Source: Candidatus Woesearchaeota archaeon (GTDB lineage Archaea > Nanobdellota > Nanobdellia > Woesearchaeales > GW2011-AR9). From it: a DNA stretch of 64,000 bases. The first letter of the stretch is position 1. Each line of letters begins with the position of its first letter. A program made the position numbers and the translations under genes. The notes beneath the pieces were generated by a model. That model made no database searches. It saw only the letters and a program-made list of their open reading frames with translations, and was not told the DNA's origin. The stretch spans positions 445,907-509,906 of the forward strand of contig JABHDY010000003.1 of the NCBI GenBank assembly GCA_018676855.1. Reading direction: 5' to 3'. This document shows, one piece after another, positions 1-8,897 of this stretch.

Positions 1-2571
1 GTCCTGTGAAAGAATTGTTCGTGGTGGTGTAATGTCCCGTGCACAAACTTGCTGTGAAAGAGCTGCACCAAATTCGTTGGGTGTAAATACACAATCGTCA
101 ACGTGATCACCGTCACCATCTTTTATACATTGACCGTTACCTCCAGGATTTGTCCATGAACATCTGCCCCATGTACAACTATCTTGAGAAAGGGTAATCG
201 TACCTTCAATGTTTGTAAGGGGCTGACCATTAGTACATTCCTGTTCCGTAATAAAATCGTAACAGGTAGAGTCATCATCGGGAACGTCAGGACACTCATT
301 ACATTTGTTTAAATTTTCTTGTGAGAAACATGAACCTAACCCTGAACAAACGTTCGCTGTACAATAATAATTTTCAAACAACGGTGAATCTGGCCCGCAT
401 AACGTACATTGAGTATTTTCATCATAATTTTCTTCAACACAATATCCTGCACCCGTTTCTGCCGTAACAAATTTTGCATCTTGATTATAATTTCCGTAAA
501 CAATTGTATAATCAAGTAACGGTTCTTCCGGTTGTGATGCACCATCGACCCATTCACACGGAGTGCCGAAACATCTATTTTGTGTACATGCACCCTCACT
601 TTGATAATCGAAACAAGTATCTACATCTTCACAATTATTACATACATCAACAGTTGTTATTTTTCCTGTATCTTTTAATCTATTATCATAATAACAATAA
701 TTGGGATTATCTTGCGGTCCGTAACATATATCTTCTGAATAATACAAGCCGAAAGGGTTACCAAACATAGGATCGGTTGTACACATAGCATTATCGCTAC
801 ATCTTGCACTGTGCCGCGATGTTTGTGTACAGAATTTATTTTCAACTGAACAATCAGCACTTAGAATTGGTTCAATAGTATTACTGTTTGTACATCTAAA
901 TACTTGTTGTCTTTTTCCTATATCTGATTGACAGAACGTGTCCCAGCCAGCACTTTCAGTGTACCGGTCTTCACATGCTGCCATACCCATTGTTATTGGA
1001 TCGAACCCTAATTCTGAAGAAGAACATTGGCCACCTTCATAATTTGCAGTTATAGTATACGAATACGTTTTTTCCCATTCAACATCAACGTCAACATGTT
1101 CTACAACAGCGCCAGAAACGGAAATTGGATCAGTAATATCGTCTTCTCCAGTCCTTTGAATTGTATAACTGGTAACTTCCGCACACGGTTTTGTCCATGT
1201 TAGTTTTAACTGTTCTTTTCCAAGGACGGGAGATACAAGAAATTCTGTAACTGGTTTTTTGTTTTCATCAGCTTCACAATTACATTCAGTTTCTGGAAGG
1301 ATAAGATTAACCTCAATCGTTATTGATGCATCAGTAGGACCGAATGAAAAAATGACTGGATTTGAACCATACTCTTGAAATGTTGCAAACACTTCATAAT
1401 CCTGACCACCTTCCTGAGGAGTAAGTGAAATAATGTTAGTTTCACCTTCAGGATATTGTGTTATTCCTCTAAATGTACCGTTAATGTACACTTTTGCACC
1501 TGGTTGTCCTTCAGCATTATTAACAACTTTAATTGTGACACCATTTTCTACCTGTTCTATTAATGTAAAATCGATACCTGTTACGTCAGTATCTTCAGGT
1601 ACAGTAACTTGTTTCGATTGTGTTGAATATTCTTCTTTTGAAGCAGTAACCGTATAAACTCCTGATGGAATGTTTTCAATTTTATATGTTCCATCGTCAA
1701 TTGTAATTGCTGGTTCGGTAGATTCTTGAATAGAAACTTTTGCTCCTTCTAATACTTCTCCAGTTTCGTCTTTAACAGTTCCAGAAATACTTCGTGTACC
1801 GACTGACGACGTAAGTATAAATTGGTGAGAAACACTTTCACCTTCAACAGATATTGATGCAACTGCACTTTTATAGGTATCTTTGCTAACTTTAACAACG
1901 TACGTTGATGGTTGAAGAGTTGGGAAAGTATATTCTCCAGATGCTAAAGTTTGTCCTTCTTCCTCAGTGCCTAAAATTTTTACTGTTACTCCAGATAATT
2001 CAGTACCATCTTCAGATAGAACTGTTATAATAAGATCTGAACCTACAATTTCTGTACTACATTCTAATTGACATTGAGAATATGACATTCCAGATGGATT
2101 TCTAAAATCTGAATTGAAACCACGCCGTGCAGCAAGATCACTACATTCCCTTTTAAATAAAGGAAATTGGCACTGATTTTCTCCAACTGAAGGGTCTAGT
2201 ATACAACATCCAGGAGTACAAAGTTCATTATACCTTTCGAGAGGAACTTCTCCACCAGCAACACCAGTATCAGCAATTCCTTCCTGTCTACATTCACCTA
2301 AAGTCTTTTCTGTACAATCTAAATCGCATACAACCAATTGACAAACATCGACACCAGAACAATCTTGTAAAGGAACATAATGTTGATCTAAAGAACAATC
2401 GCCATATTCTGCACAGTCAGTTTCTGCATCAGATTGTGAAACTGTTTGACAATATGATCCACTTTCTGGATACACATAACATCCATCAGTATCTACTGAT
2501 GATACGAATAGAAAACTAAGTAAGAATATACCTAAAACTACAATAAACAAACCCCTTTTGTTACCTATCAT
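1..2571 (-). CDS. Partial (C-terminus lies beyond the window start) very large secreted Cys-rich surface protein. Signal peptide MIGNKRGLFIVVLGIFLLSFLFVSS. Repeated prealbumin-like (CarboxypepD_reg/Cna-B-like) segments
   Basis: Manual reverse-strand translation from ATG at 2571 gives an uninterrupted reading frame to position 1. The ORF track omits it because it is open-ended. N-terminal hydrophobic signal, many Cys, repeated motifs such as GTYKIENIPSGVYTV and SGTVKDETGEVLEGAKV. Confidence 0.6.
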   Translation of the reverse strand, partial: MIGNKRGLFIVVLGIFLLSFLFVSSVDTDGCYVYPESGSYCQTVSQSDAETDCAEYGDCSLDQHYVPLQDCSGVDVCQLVVCDLDCTEKTLGECRQEGIADTGVAGGEVPLERYNELCTPGCCILDPSVGENQCQFPLFKRECSDLAARRGFNSDFRNPSGMSYSQCQLECSTEIVGSDLIITVLSEDGTELSGVTVKILGTEEEGQTLASGEYTFPTLQPSTYVVKVSKDTYKSAVASISVEGESVSHQFILTSSVGTRSISGTVKDETGEVLEGAKVSIQESTEPAITIDDGTYKIENIPSGVYTVTASKEEYSTQSKQVTVPEDTDVTGIDFTLIEQVENGVTIKVVNNAEGQPGAKVYINGTFRGITQYPEGETNIISLTPQEGGQDYEVFATFQEYGSNPVIFSFGPTDASITIEVNLILPETECNCEADENKKPVTEFLVSPVLGKEQLKLTWTKPCAEVTSYTIQRTGEDDITDPISVSGAVVEHVDVDVEWEKTYSYTITANYEGGQCSSSELGFDPITMGMAACEDRYTESAGWDTFCQSDIGKRQQVFRCTNSNTIEPILSADCSVENKFCTQTSRHSARCSDNAMCTTDPMFGNPFGLYYSEDICYGPQDNPNYCYYDNRLKDTGKITTVDVCNNCEDVDTCFDYQSEGACTQNRCFGTPCEWVDGASQPEEPLLDYTIVYGNYNQDAKFVTAETGAGYCVEENYDENTQCTLCGPDSPLFENYYCTANVCSGLGSCFSQENLNKCNECPDVPDDDSTCYDFITEQECTNGQPLTNIEGTITLSQDSCTWGRCSWTNPGGNGQCIKDGDGDHVDDCVFTPNEFGAALSQQVCARDITPPRTILSQD

Positions 2572-2647
2572 TCTCTAGTTTAGAGGAAACAGTTATCGTT
2601 TATAAATGTTGTCAGGGAAGAAAGGTGTCTATATGACTAAAAAACGT

Positions 2648-3145
2648 TCATTTTTTATGTACAATTTTGTGCAATTCAGAAAAAGTGTCTTTATGAATGG
2701 ATTCTTGTTGTTTTTTTTTCCTATGTGAAACGCGTGAATGTTGTCTCAGTTTGGTAAAGGTATCTTTTGTATCTTGTTTTTTTGGATTAAAATGTGTATG
2801 CACAACTTTTTGTAATTTTTCAACATCATTTTTAGGTTTAGGCACTGCCAAACCATGTTCAGTAAAGAAATCTTCTTGATGTTGATGATGTACTTTATGT
2901 TTCCGTTTTTGTTTTATCCTTTGTAAATATGGTGATAATATTGGAATGAAAAAAACTGACGGTTTTTTTTGTTCAGGAATGTCAAACATTTTTTCTTCTG
3001 GTTTTTCTATAACTTCTTTATTTCGTTCAGGAAATGGTTGCCATTCAGTATCTTCAACAGTATCTTTTTTTAATTTACGTGAAACGTAATATAGTATTAG
3101 AAGAAAAACACTTACCGAGATTATTATAAGTAATGTTATGTCCAT
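2648..3145 (-). CDS. Small membrane-anchored His/Lys-rich hypothetical protein (N-terminal TM)
   Basis: 165-aa ORF, N-terminal hydrophobic helix LLIIISVSVFLLILYYV, C-terminal His/Lys-rich low-complexity region. Divergent from the neighbouring lipoprotein gene. Confidence 0.4.
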   Translation of the reverse strand: MDITLLIIISVSVFLLILYYVSRKLKKDTVEDTEWQPFPERNKEVIEKPEEKMFDIPEQKKPSVFFIPILSPYLQRIKQKRKHKVHHQHQEDFFTEHGLAVPKPKNDVEKLQKVVHTHFNPKKQDTKDTFTKLRQHSRVSHRKKKQQESIHKDTFSELHKIVHKK

Positions 3146-3223
3146 TAATAAATGAATATGTTTTCAGTATATAAACATTTTTCCTCATAACATTTAAATA
3201 TAATCACCTCTAATAAGTAAGTA

Positions 3224-4147
3224 ATGAAACAATTATTATCTAAAATATTACTTGGAAGTGTTTTGGTAACACCCGCGGTTGCATGTGAAAGTGATACAGG
3301 TTTTGGAACAGAACAACAACCACAATCAGACGTACGTTCTCAGCCAGATGTACAACAACCTCCACTTGAACATATTATAACTGGAGTAACAAATAATAAT
3401 GGTATTGTGTTTACTGGAGAAAAAGAAGTTAGGGTTCAAGATCAAGCAGGCAGCCCTATTGTAAATGCTACTGTAAAGTTGGTTAATGAACCTTCTTTCA
3501 ATTTATATCTTGTTGATACTGGAAATTCAACTGGTGGTGGATTATTTCAAGAAACTGTTCAAAGAGAAGGTATGTTAATGTCTTCACTTGAAGATAGAAC
3601 GATTACTATTAGAACAGATCAACCAGTAACTGTTTTTTCTGGCGGAACACAAGCTGTGTACGATTTATCTGTGTGGATGGCTGACGATTCTACGTACATT
3701 TGTAATGGCACATATACAACTGAACAACTTATTGAAGGTCGTGACATGACTGTACAATTAATATCGTATTTTGATCCTACTGGTAAAGTAAAGTTTGTCT
3801 ATGATCGTATTGAAGATTTAATTGATGCTGGAATTCTTTCTGATTTAGAAGCTGATAAGAAATGGTACGTTCTTACACCTGAAAATCCTGTGTCTCCTCC
3901 CGTGGTGATGATGCGTGAAGTTGCACAGAAGTTGTTTGATGAAACAACGTACGATAGGTTGAATAGTGTTTGTCCAGATATGACTTCTGGTGAAGGGCAA
4001 CCGTGTGATGATGGGTTATTTTGCACTAAGAATGATATGGTTGTTAATGGTGTGTGTGAAGGAACTCCAAGAACATGTGATGATGGTTTACCTGGAAGAC
4101 ATTATTGTGATGAAGAAAGAAAAGTTTGTGTTTCTGAACCTTATTAA
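3224..4147 (+). CDS. Secreted putative lipoprotein, Cys-rich C-terminus
   Basis: Signal peptide with lipobox-like VTPAVAC; C-terminal CDDGLFC...CDDGLPGRHYC Cys repeats. Confidence 0.55.
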   Translation: MKQLLSKILLGSVLVTPAVACESDTGFGTEQQPQSDVRSQPDVQQPPLEHIITGVTNNNGIVFTGEKEVRVQDQAGSPIVNATVKLVNEPSFNLYLVDTGNSTGGGLFQETVQREGMLMSSLEDRTITIRTDQPVTVFSGGTQAVYDLSVWMADDSTYICNGTYTTEQLIEGRDMTVQLISYFDPTGKVKFVYDRIEDLIDAGILSDLEADKKWYVLTPENPVSPPVVMMREVAQKLFDETTYDRLNSVCPDMTSGEGQPCDDGLFCTKNDMVVNGVCEGTPRTCDDGLPGRHYCDEERKVCVSEPY

Positions 4148-4150
4148 AAA

Positions 4151-6052
4151 TCATATTTCGATAGAACATTCTCCAATTGAATCGCATTTTCTATCAAAAG
4201 TGCCATCAAAATCGTGGTCACACCATGCTCCTTCACCAACAGATTCACAACGACAACTAAAAGAACTTGCATCAGTAGGATTAACTAATCTACCAGACCA
4301 ATCAAAGGGTGCACCATCATCTTCTGGTTGAAGAAATGAAACAATTTCATCATCCGCATTAACACCACAAAAACTTCCGCAACCCCACTCGCCAGTACAC
4401 CAACCAACATCTTCTTCTAGAGTATAAGGATCTTTTCCTTCACAACCAGTTGCAACTCTATTACATTCTCCACCAAACGGAATCGTGTCTGGTTCTAAAC
4501 CAAGAGACCAACCACACGTTATCTTAGAAGTATAAACTTTTTCGGCATTTGGATCAGTCCCACAATCACTTGTTAAACCATTACATGTTCCAGCACCAGT
4601 TCTTTCTTCTAATAAATAACCTTTTGATGCTAATTCGTCTAAACCACCAAAACAACCTTCTTCAACAGCACTATCTGAACATATTGTACCAGCACTTGCA
4701 ACTTTACCACCTTGAATATTAGTATCGTCAACAACACAACATTGTGAGTTAGCAACAACTTTCACACGAACATCCTGAAAATCTTCTGCAAGAGTATCAG
4801 AAACAGAAGCTTTTAAATTGTAAATATTATTTTCATTTAATATACTTGAAGGGTTTAATTCAAACAATTTTTCTTCTGTACCATCAATAAATGTTTGAGA
4901 TGAAGTACCTAACCCATAAATAATATTCAAATCTTCGTCTGGGTCATTTGCTTTCATATTAATCTTTACATTATCCAAACCACCAACAGTTGAAACAACC
5001 AGATAATCATACCCATCACCAGGACATCTATTAATATAATCTAATGCAGGTGGCCGATTCTCACGTGCAATCCTAAAAACATAATTTTCCAATGGTGGCA
5101 CATCGTCAGGATCTGATTGAATGATAGCTTCTAAAGGATATGTAAATGTAAATATGTCAGTTCCATCATCTAACGATTCTGTATCCATTTCAATGTCCAT
5201 CTCAGGATATAATGATAAAGAAATGTCGGCACCATTAAGAATAAAACTATTATCAGCTAAAGCTTGTTCATACTCAAACTCAGTAGATGTCCAATCCCAC
5301 CTGATAGGATTCAACACTGCTTTGGTAATAAACTTTGTAAATTCGCTTGTATAAAAAAAGTCAAATTCTGATAATGTAAAGAAATCGTTACTTCCTGAGG
5401 AAACGTATAATGGATATTCAACAGAAACGGCAATACCATCGTTAAGTAATTGAACGTCAATAACAACGTCACCCTCACTAATTTCTGAAGATGGAGAAAC
5501 TGTACTTTGTATAAACTCTTCAACCTTTAACGTTACTGCTGATAATAAATACGATTCAATATCATTTTCAACAGTACGTTTGGTTAACGCATTACGCCGT
5601 GAACCAAACTCGCCAGTCATTGGAAAAGCATATTCACAGAACGGAGATGCGTCCTTATCAATACCGCAAGGATACGATTCCGGAAATTCAGTAGGTTCAG
5701 GTTCTTTAATAGCAAGAAAGACACGACCGCCAAAATTTGGATCTCCAAAAACTATACTATTATCTAGATGACTAATGATTCCGCCCTGATCTTTCCAAAT
5801 TCTACCTTGCTGACCCATTAACAATAATGCAGACGATAGTTCATCTGTCAGTACATCTTCCATAAATAATCGTAGGCCTTCCTTATAGAACGCTGCCGTA
5901 AAAACTTTTTCTTGTTGTTCCTTAAGTTGTTCTTTCTGTAATGATGTTGTTAACATAATGAATGTAACAACAATGAATAACAATACAACGCCAAGTATCA
6001 TGAATATTGTAATCTGAGCTCTATTACTAGCGAAACCTCTTTTTTTCATCAT
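4151..6052 (-). CDS. Large membrane-anchored extracellular Cys-rich protein (633 aa)
   Basis: N-terminal basic stretch followed by TM (MMKKRGFASNRAQITIFMILGVVLLFIVV; possible class III/signal-anchor). Cys-rich C-terminal third. Confidence 0.6.
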   Translation of the reverse strand: MMKKRGFASNRAQITIFMILGVVLLFIVVTFIMLTTSLQKEQLKEQQEKVFTAAFYKEGLRLFMEDVLTDELSSALLLMGQQGRIWKDQGGIISHLDNSIVFGDPNFGGRVFLAIKEPEPTEFPESYPCGIDKDASPFCEYAFPMTGEFGSRRNALTKRTVENDIESYLLSAVTLKVEEFIQSTVSPSSEISEGDVVIDVQLLNDGIAVSVEYPLYVSSGSNDFFTLSEFDFFYTSEFTKFITKAVLNPIRWDWTSTEFEYEQALADNSFILNGADISLSLYPEMDIEMDTESLDDGTDIFTFTYPLEAIIQSDPDDVPPLENYVFRIARENRPPALDYINRCPGDGYDYLVVSTVGGLDNVKINMKANDPDEDLNIIYGLGTSSQTFIDGTEEKLFELNPSSILNENNIYNLKASVSDTLAEDFQDVRVKVVANSQCCVVDDTNIQGGKVASAGTICSDSAVEEGCFGGLDELASKGYLLEERTGAGTCNGLTSDCGTDPNAEKVYTSKITCGWSLGLEPDTIPFGGECNRVATGCEGKDPYTLEEDVGWCTGEWGCGSFCGVNADDEIVSFLQPEDDGAPFDWSGRLVNPTDASSFSCRCESVGEGAWCDHDFDGTFDRKCDSIGECSIEI

Positions 6053-6126
6053 ACCATGTATAATAAATTAGTTTATGCTTATAAAAGTTGTTGAGAGACT
6101 TACAAAATTAATGTAACGTATAACCA

Positions 6127-6180
6127 AACTTCAATATCTTTACTGCCAGACTTAATCTTTTCAAACGGTTCTTCATTTAA
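6127..6180. repeat. Conserved intergenic element, copy A (about 55 nt), immediately 3' of the stop of the 6188..7462 gene
   Basis: aacttcaatatctttactgccagacttaatcttttcaaacggttcttca is about 90% identical to the copy at 8836..8890. Confidence 0.7.
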
Positions 6181-6187
6181 TACCGTA

Positions 6188-7462
6188 TTATTTAAACCCT
6201 TTTTTAACGTCTCTTTCTTTCCATCCGGCTCGGAGCAATGCTGATTTAATAGTACCATCAGAAATTCCCCTTGCTTTATTTTTTTTAATATACATTTTTA
6301 TTTCAGAGGGTACGTTTCCTTTTTTAAAGAAAAAGAAGTATAATATAATTCCAAGAATTAAAATGAAAGTTCCAATAACAGCTACAACCAAAATAATAAT
6401 AGTATTACTTTCATTTTTAGGTATTACTGGAGGAGATACTTCTTGTGGTCTTTCCATTGGAAGGGGTTCCGGGACAACTTCTTGAGTACACAATTGTTCT
6501 TCAGAAGGTATTTGAGTAAGAGTTCCACAATTATTACTATCTTGACACGTTCTTGTTTGTGTTTCCCCATAACATGTTGACCAAGAACTGCATGACCACG
6601 ATTCTGTACACGTTTCAGGAAAAGAATTGGAAGATGAACCAATTGTACAATCTTGTTTTTCTGTTCTGTCGGGAGAACATTCATTTCTATCAATACATGA
6701 CCTTATCCTCTCATCAGTAACGGGATTGCACGGTGACCATGTATTTGAACATAACCAATCTTCTGTACAATTAGTTGATTCATTATCTTGATCGATAACC
6801 AAAGAAGTGTTTGTATACAACACTTTAATTTCTTTAATTAAATATGTAGCATTATCTTCAATCATTTCTGAATTATTTAATTCAACCAAATTGTTTTGTC
6901 TATCAAGTTCTAATATGTGAATAAATTCTCTTAAGTTTGACCGGAATTGTTTAATGTCTGAACGTAAATCTTTAAGTTCATTTTTATACATATCGTACTC
7001 ATCATCATCACTTTCATTAATAGATATTAAGAAATATTCTTTCGTGTCAATGTACTTATCATAATATTCATTAAATGTAATATTAAACCACGTAAAATTT
7101 GTAATATCAGGAACAGTGTCTACTGGTTGGACTTCTTCGTCAGTTAAACAAGTTGGGGAATTAACACAAAATAGTTTTGTTTGAGAAGTTCCGTCAGCAC
7201 AATTAGTACGTAACGAATATTTTCCAACGGAAGAATCTGAATAGGTGTTATATTCTGTCTGCCAATTGCCTGTTCCCTGTTGAATATATACTAATTGGTT
7301 CAATGGGTTAGAAACTAAAATTAATGACGTTTTTGGACATGAAGAAATGGCAATAGTAACCTTTTCTCCAAAAGAATAATCAGTTTTATCGATTGAAACG
7401 TCGATAGCGCTAACAGTAAAAAGTAAAAAAATGCTTATTATTATTGGGATCAAAATTTTCAT
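6188..7462 (-). CDS. Surface protein with N-terminal signal peptide and C-terminal TM anchor (424 aa), Cys-rich
   Basis: MKILIPIIISIFLLFTVSA signal; C-terminal IIILVVAVIGTFILILGIILYFFFF TM plus short basic cytoplasmic tail; N-glyco sequons abundant. Confidence 0.6.
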   Translation of the reverse strand: MKILIPIIISIFLLFTVSAIDVSIDKTDYSFGEKVTIAISSCPKTSLILVSNPLNQLVYIQQGTGNWQTEYNTYSDSSVGKYSLRTNCADGTSQTKLFCVNSPTCLTDEEVQPVDTVPDITNFTWFNITFNEYYDKYIDTKEYFLISINESDDDEYDMYKNELKDLRSDIKQFRSNLREFIHILELDRQNNLVELNNSEMIEDNATYLIKEIKVLYTNTSLVIDQDNESTNCTEDWLCSNTWSPCNPVTDERIRSCIDRNECSPDRTEKQDCTIGSSSNSFPETCTESWSCSSWSTCYGETQTRTCQDSNNCGTLTQIPSEEQLCTQEVVPEPLPMERPQEVSPPVIPKNESNTIIILVVAVIGTFILILGIILYFFFFKKGNVPSEIKMYIKKNKARGISDGTIKSALLRAGWKERDVKKGFK

Positions 7463-7464
7463 TT

Positions 7465-8715
7465 TTATTCAGAATTGTCATATTCTGCAACAAACGTTTC
7501 GTTTAAGTACACTTTCCAGACACTTGGATCGGGGACGTCATATACAGTAACAGACTTTTGTTTAACAGTATCTATCGTATCGTAAGTAACTGTCATTTGT
7601 ATAACGTCATCTTTTTGTGCTGAAGGATATAATACTTTATTGAAAACTATTACAGTTCCATTTTCATCGTACAATTGAGTTATCACAGAGAATGGAACAG
7701 TTATATTTTCATCAATATACAATTCTGTTACTGATTTACTAATGTCTGATATGGATACTACTGGAATTATGTCAATACATGCGCCCTCACTACAGAACGT
7801 TTTTGGTGGACATTGTACTGTTTCTGAAACAATATAATCATTTTCTCCACACGTTTGTTCAACCACATGAGTTTCGTTAAAACATCCGTCAGATTTTAAC
7901 ACCCTTTTTTCTTGGTACGTGCCCATAGATGTTTGTTCAAGTTCAATTCCTATCGTATCGCCTCGCACAGAAACGTTTTCGTTGTCAGGATCTAAACATA
8001 TATCATCATACAAATCGTAGTATGATAAACCCGTTTGGCTTTCTTCACCTTCAAGAAGCAAATCTAAGAATGTTCCGCTACAATTACTTTCTAAAAGAAG
8101 TTGTGGTCCTAAAAAAGAAACTAAAATAAGATTAGACATTAAATTCATGACTGTATGTCCTGGAGAATTTGATAAATCAAATTCGTTACATACTTCTGTA
8201 GTAAACGGAAATGAACAATTGTTAGCCCTAATATCTTCAATTAAAAGTGGACATTCCATATACGTTTTTGAAAAGTCAGGAATTGGAACATTTGAAGAAT
8301 ATTCAGAAGAAATTTCGTCAAATTCAATTTTAAAATTGCAAAATTCGTCAACCAAACCTTTAGTTTCAAGATTTATTGTTCCCACTTCACTTTGAATGGA
8401 AAATTTTGCTTTTTGACAGTTGTTAATAAGTGCATCGCCAAAACAAACCAATTCTTCAAATTCGTCATATAGCCAAATGGTATACATTCCACCATCTTCA
8501 GATTGATATGTTACATTAGAAGCACCAGCTAAATCTGAAAAGCCACAATTTATAATGTCTGTTTCGCCGGCTTTACCAACCAAATTTATAGTAGTAACTA
8601 TAAGCGAAATAGTAGCAATAAGAATGATTGTTATAATAATGATAATGAACGAATTACGCCGTTGTTGACGTTTCGTTTTTTTAGATTTTTTAGTTACCAC
8701 TATATTTCGCACCAT
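7465..8715 (-). CDS. Membrane-anchored extracellular Cys-rich protein (416 aa)
   Basis: N-terminal basic stretch KKSKKTKRQQRR followed by TM IIIIITIILIATISLIVTTI. The stop codon of the adjacent 6188..7462 ORF lies 3 nt from this start. Confidence 0.6.
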   Translation of the reverse strand: MVRNIVVTKKSKKTKRQQRRNSFIIIIITIILIATISLIVTTINLVGKAGETDIINCGFSDLAGASNVTYQSEDGGMYTIWLYDEFEELVCFGDALINNCQKAKFSIQSEVGTINLETKGLVDEFCNFKIEFDEISSEYSSNVPIPDFSKTYMECPLLIEDIRANNCSFPFTTEVCNEFDLSNSPGHTVMNLMSNLILVSFLGPQLLLESNCSGTFLDLLLEGEESQTGLSYYDLYDDICLDPDNENVSVRGDTIGIELEQTSMGTYQEKRVLKSDGCFNETHVVEQTCGENDYIVSETVQCPPKTFCSEGACIDIIPVVSISDISKSVTELYIDENITVPFSVITQLYDENGTVIVFNKVLYPSAQKDDVIQMTVTYDTIDTVKQKSVTVYDVPDPSVWKVYLNETFVAEYDNSE

Positions 8716-8835
8716 CTTTCATATACATTAACCAAAAGTAAACAAAAAGAGTATAAAAATGTATTGAATGTTGTTATTAAATTAATTTTATATGTATACC
8801 AACAACACCGTTTTTCTTTTGTCATCAAAAAGGCG

Positions 8836-8890
8836 AACTTCAATATCTTTACTACCATCTTTAATCTTTTCAAAACGGTTCTTCAAATAA
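8836..8890. repeat. Conserved intergenic element, copy B, immediately 3' of the stop of the giant 8898..14213 gene
   Basis: aacttcaatatctttactaccatctttaatcttttcaaaacggttcttca. Same position relative to a stop codon as copy A. Not in a conserved reading frame. Confidence 0.7.
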
Positions 8891-8897
8891 CTTCATT

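Noticed and set aside
6127-8890. Considered whether the two conserved 55-nt elements are a DGR template/variable repeat pair (DGRs are known in DPANN)
   Set aside because: No reverse transcriptase gene in the window. Both copies are outside coding sequence. The mismatches are not adenine-specific
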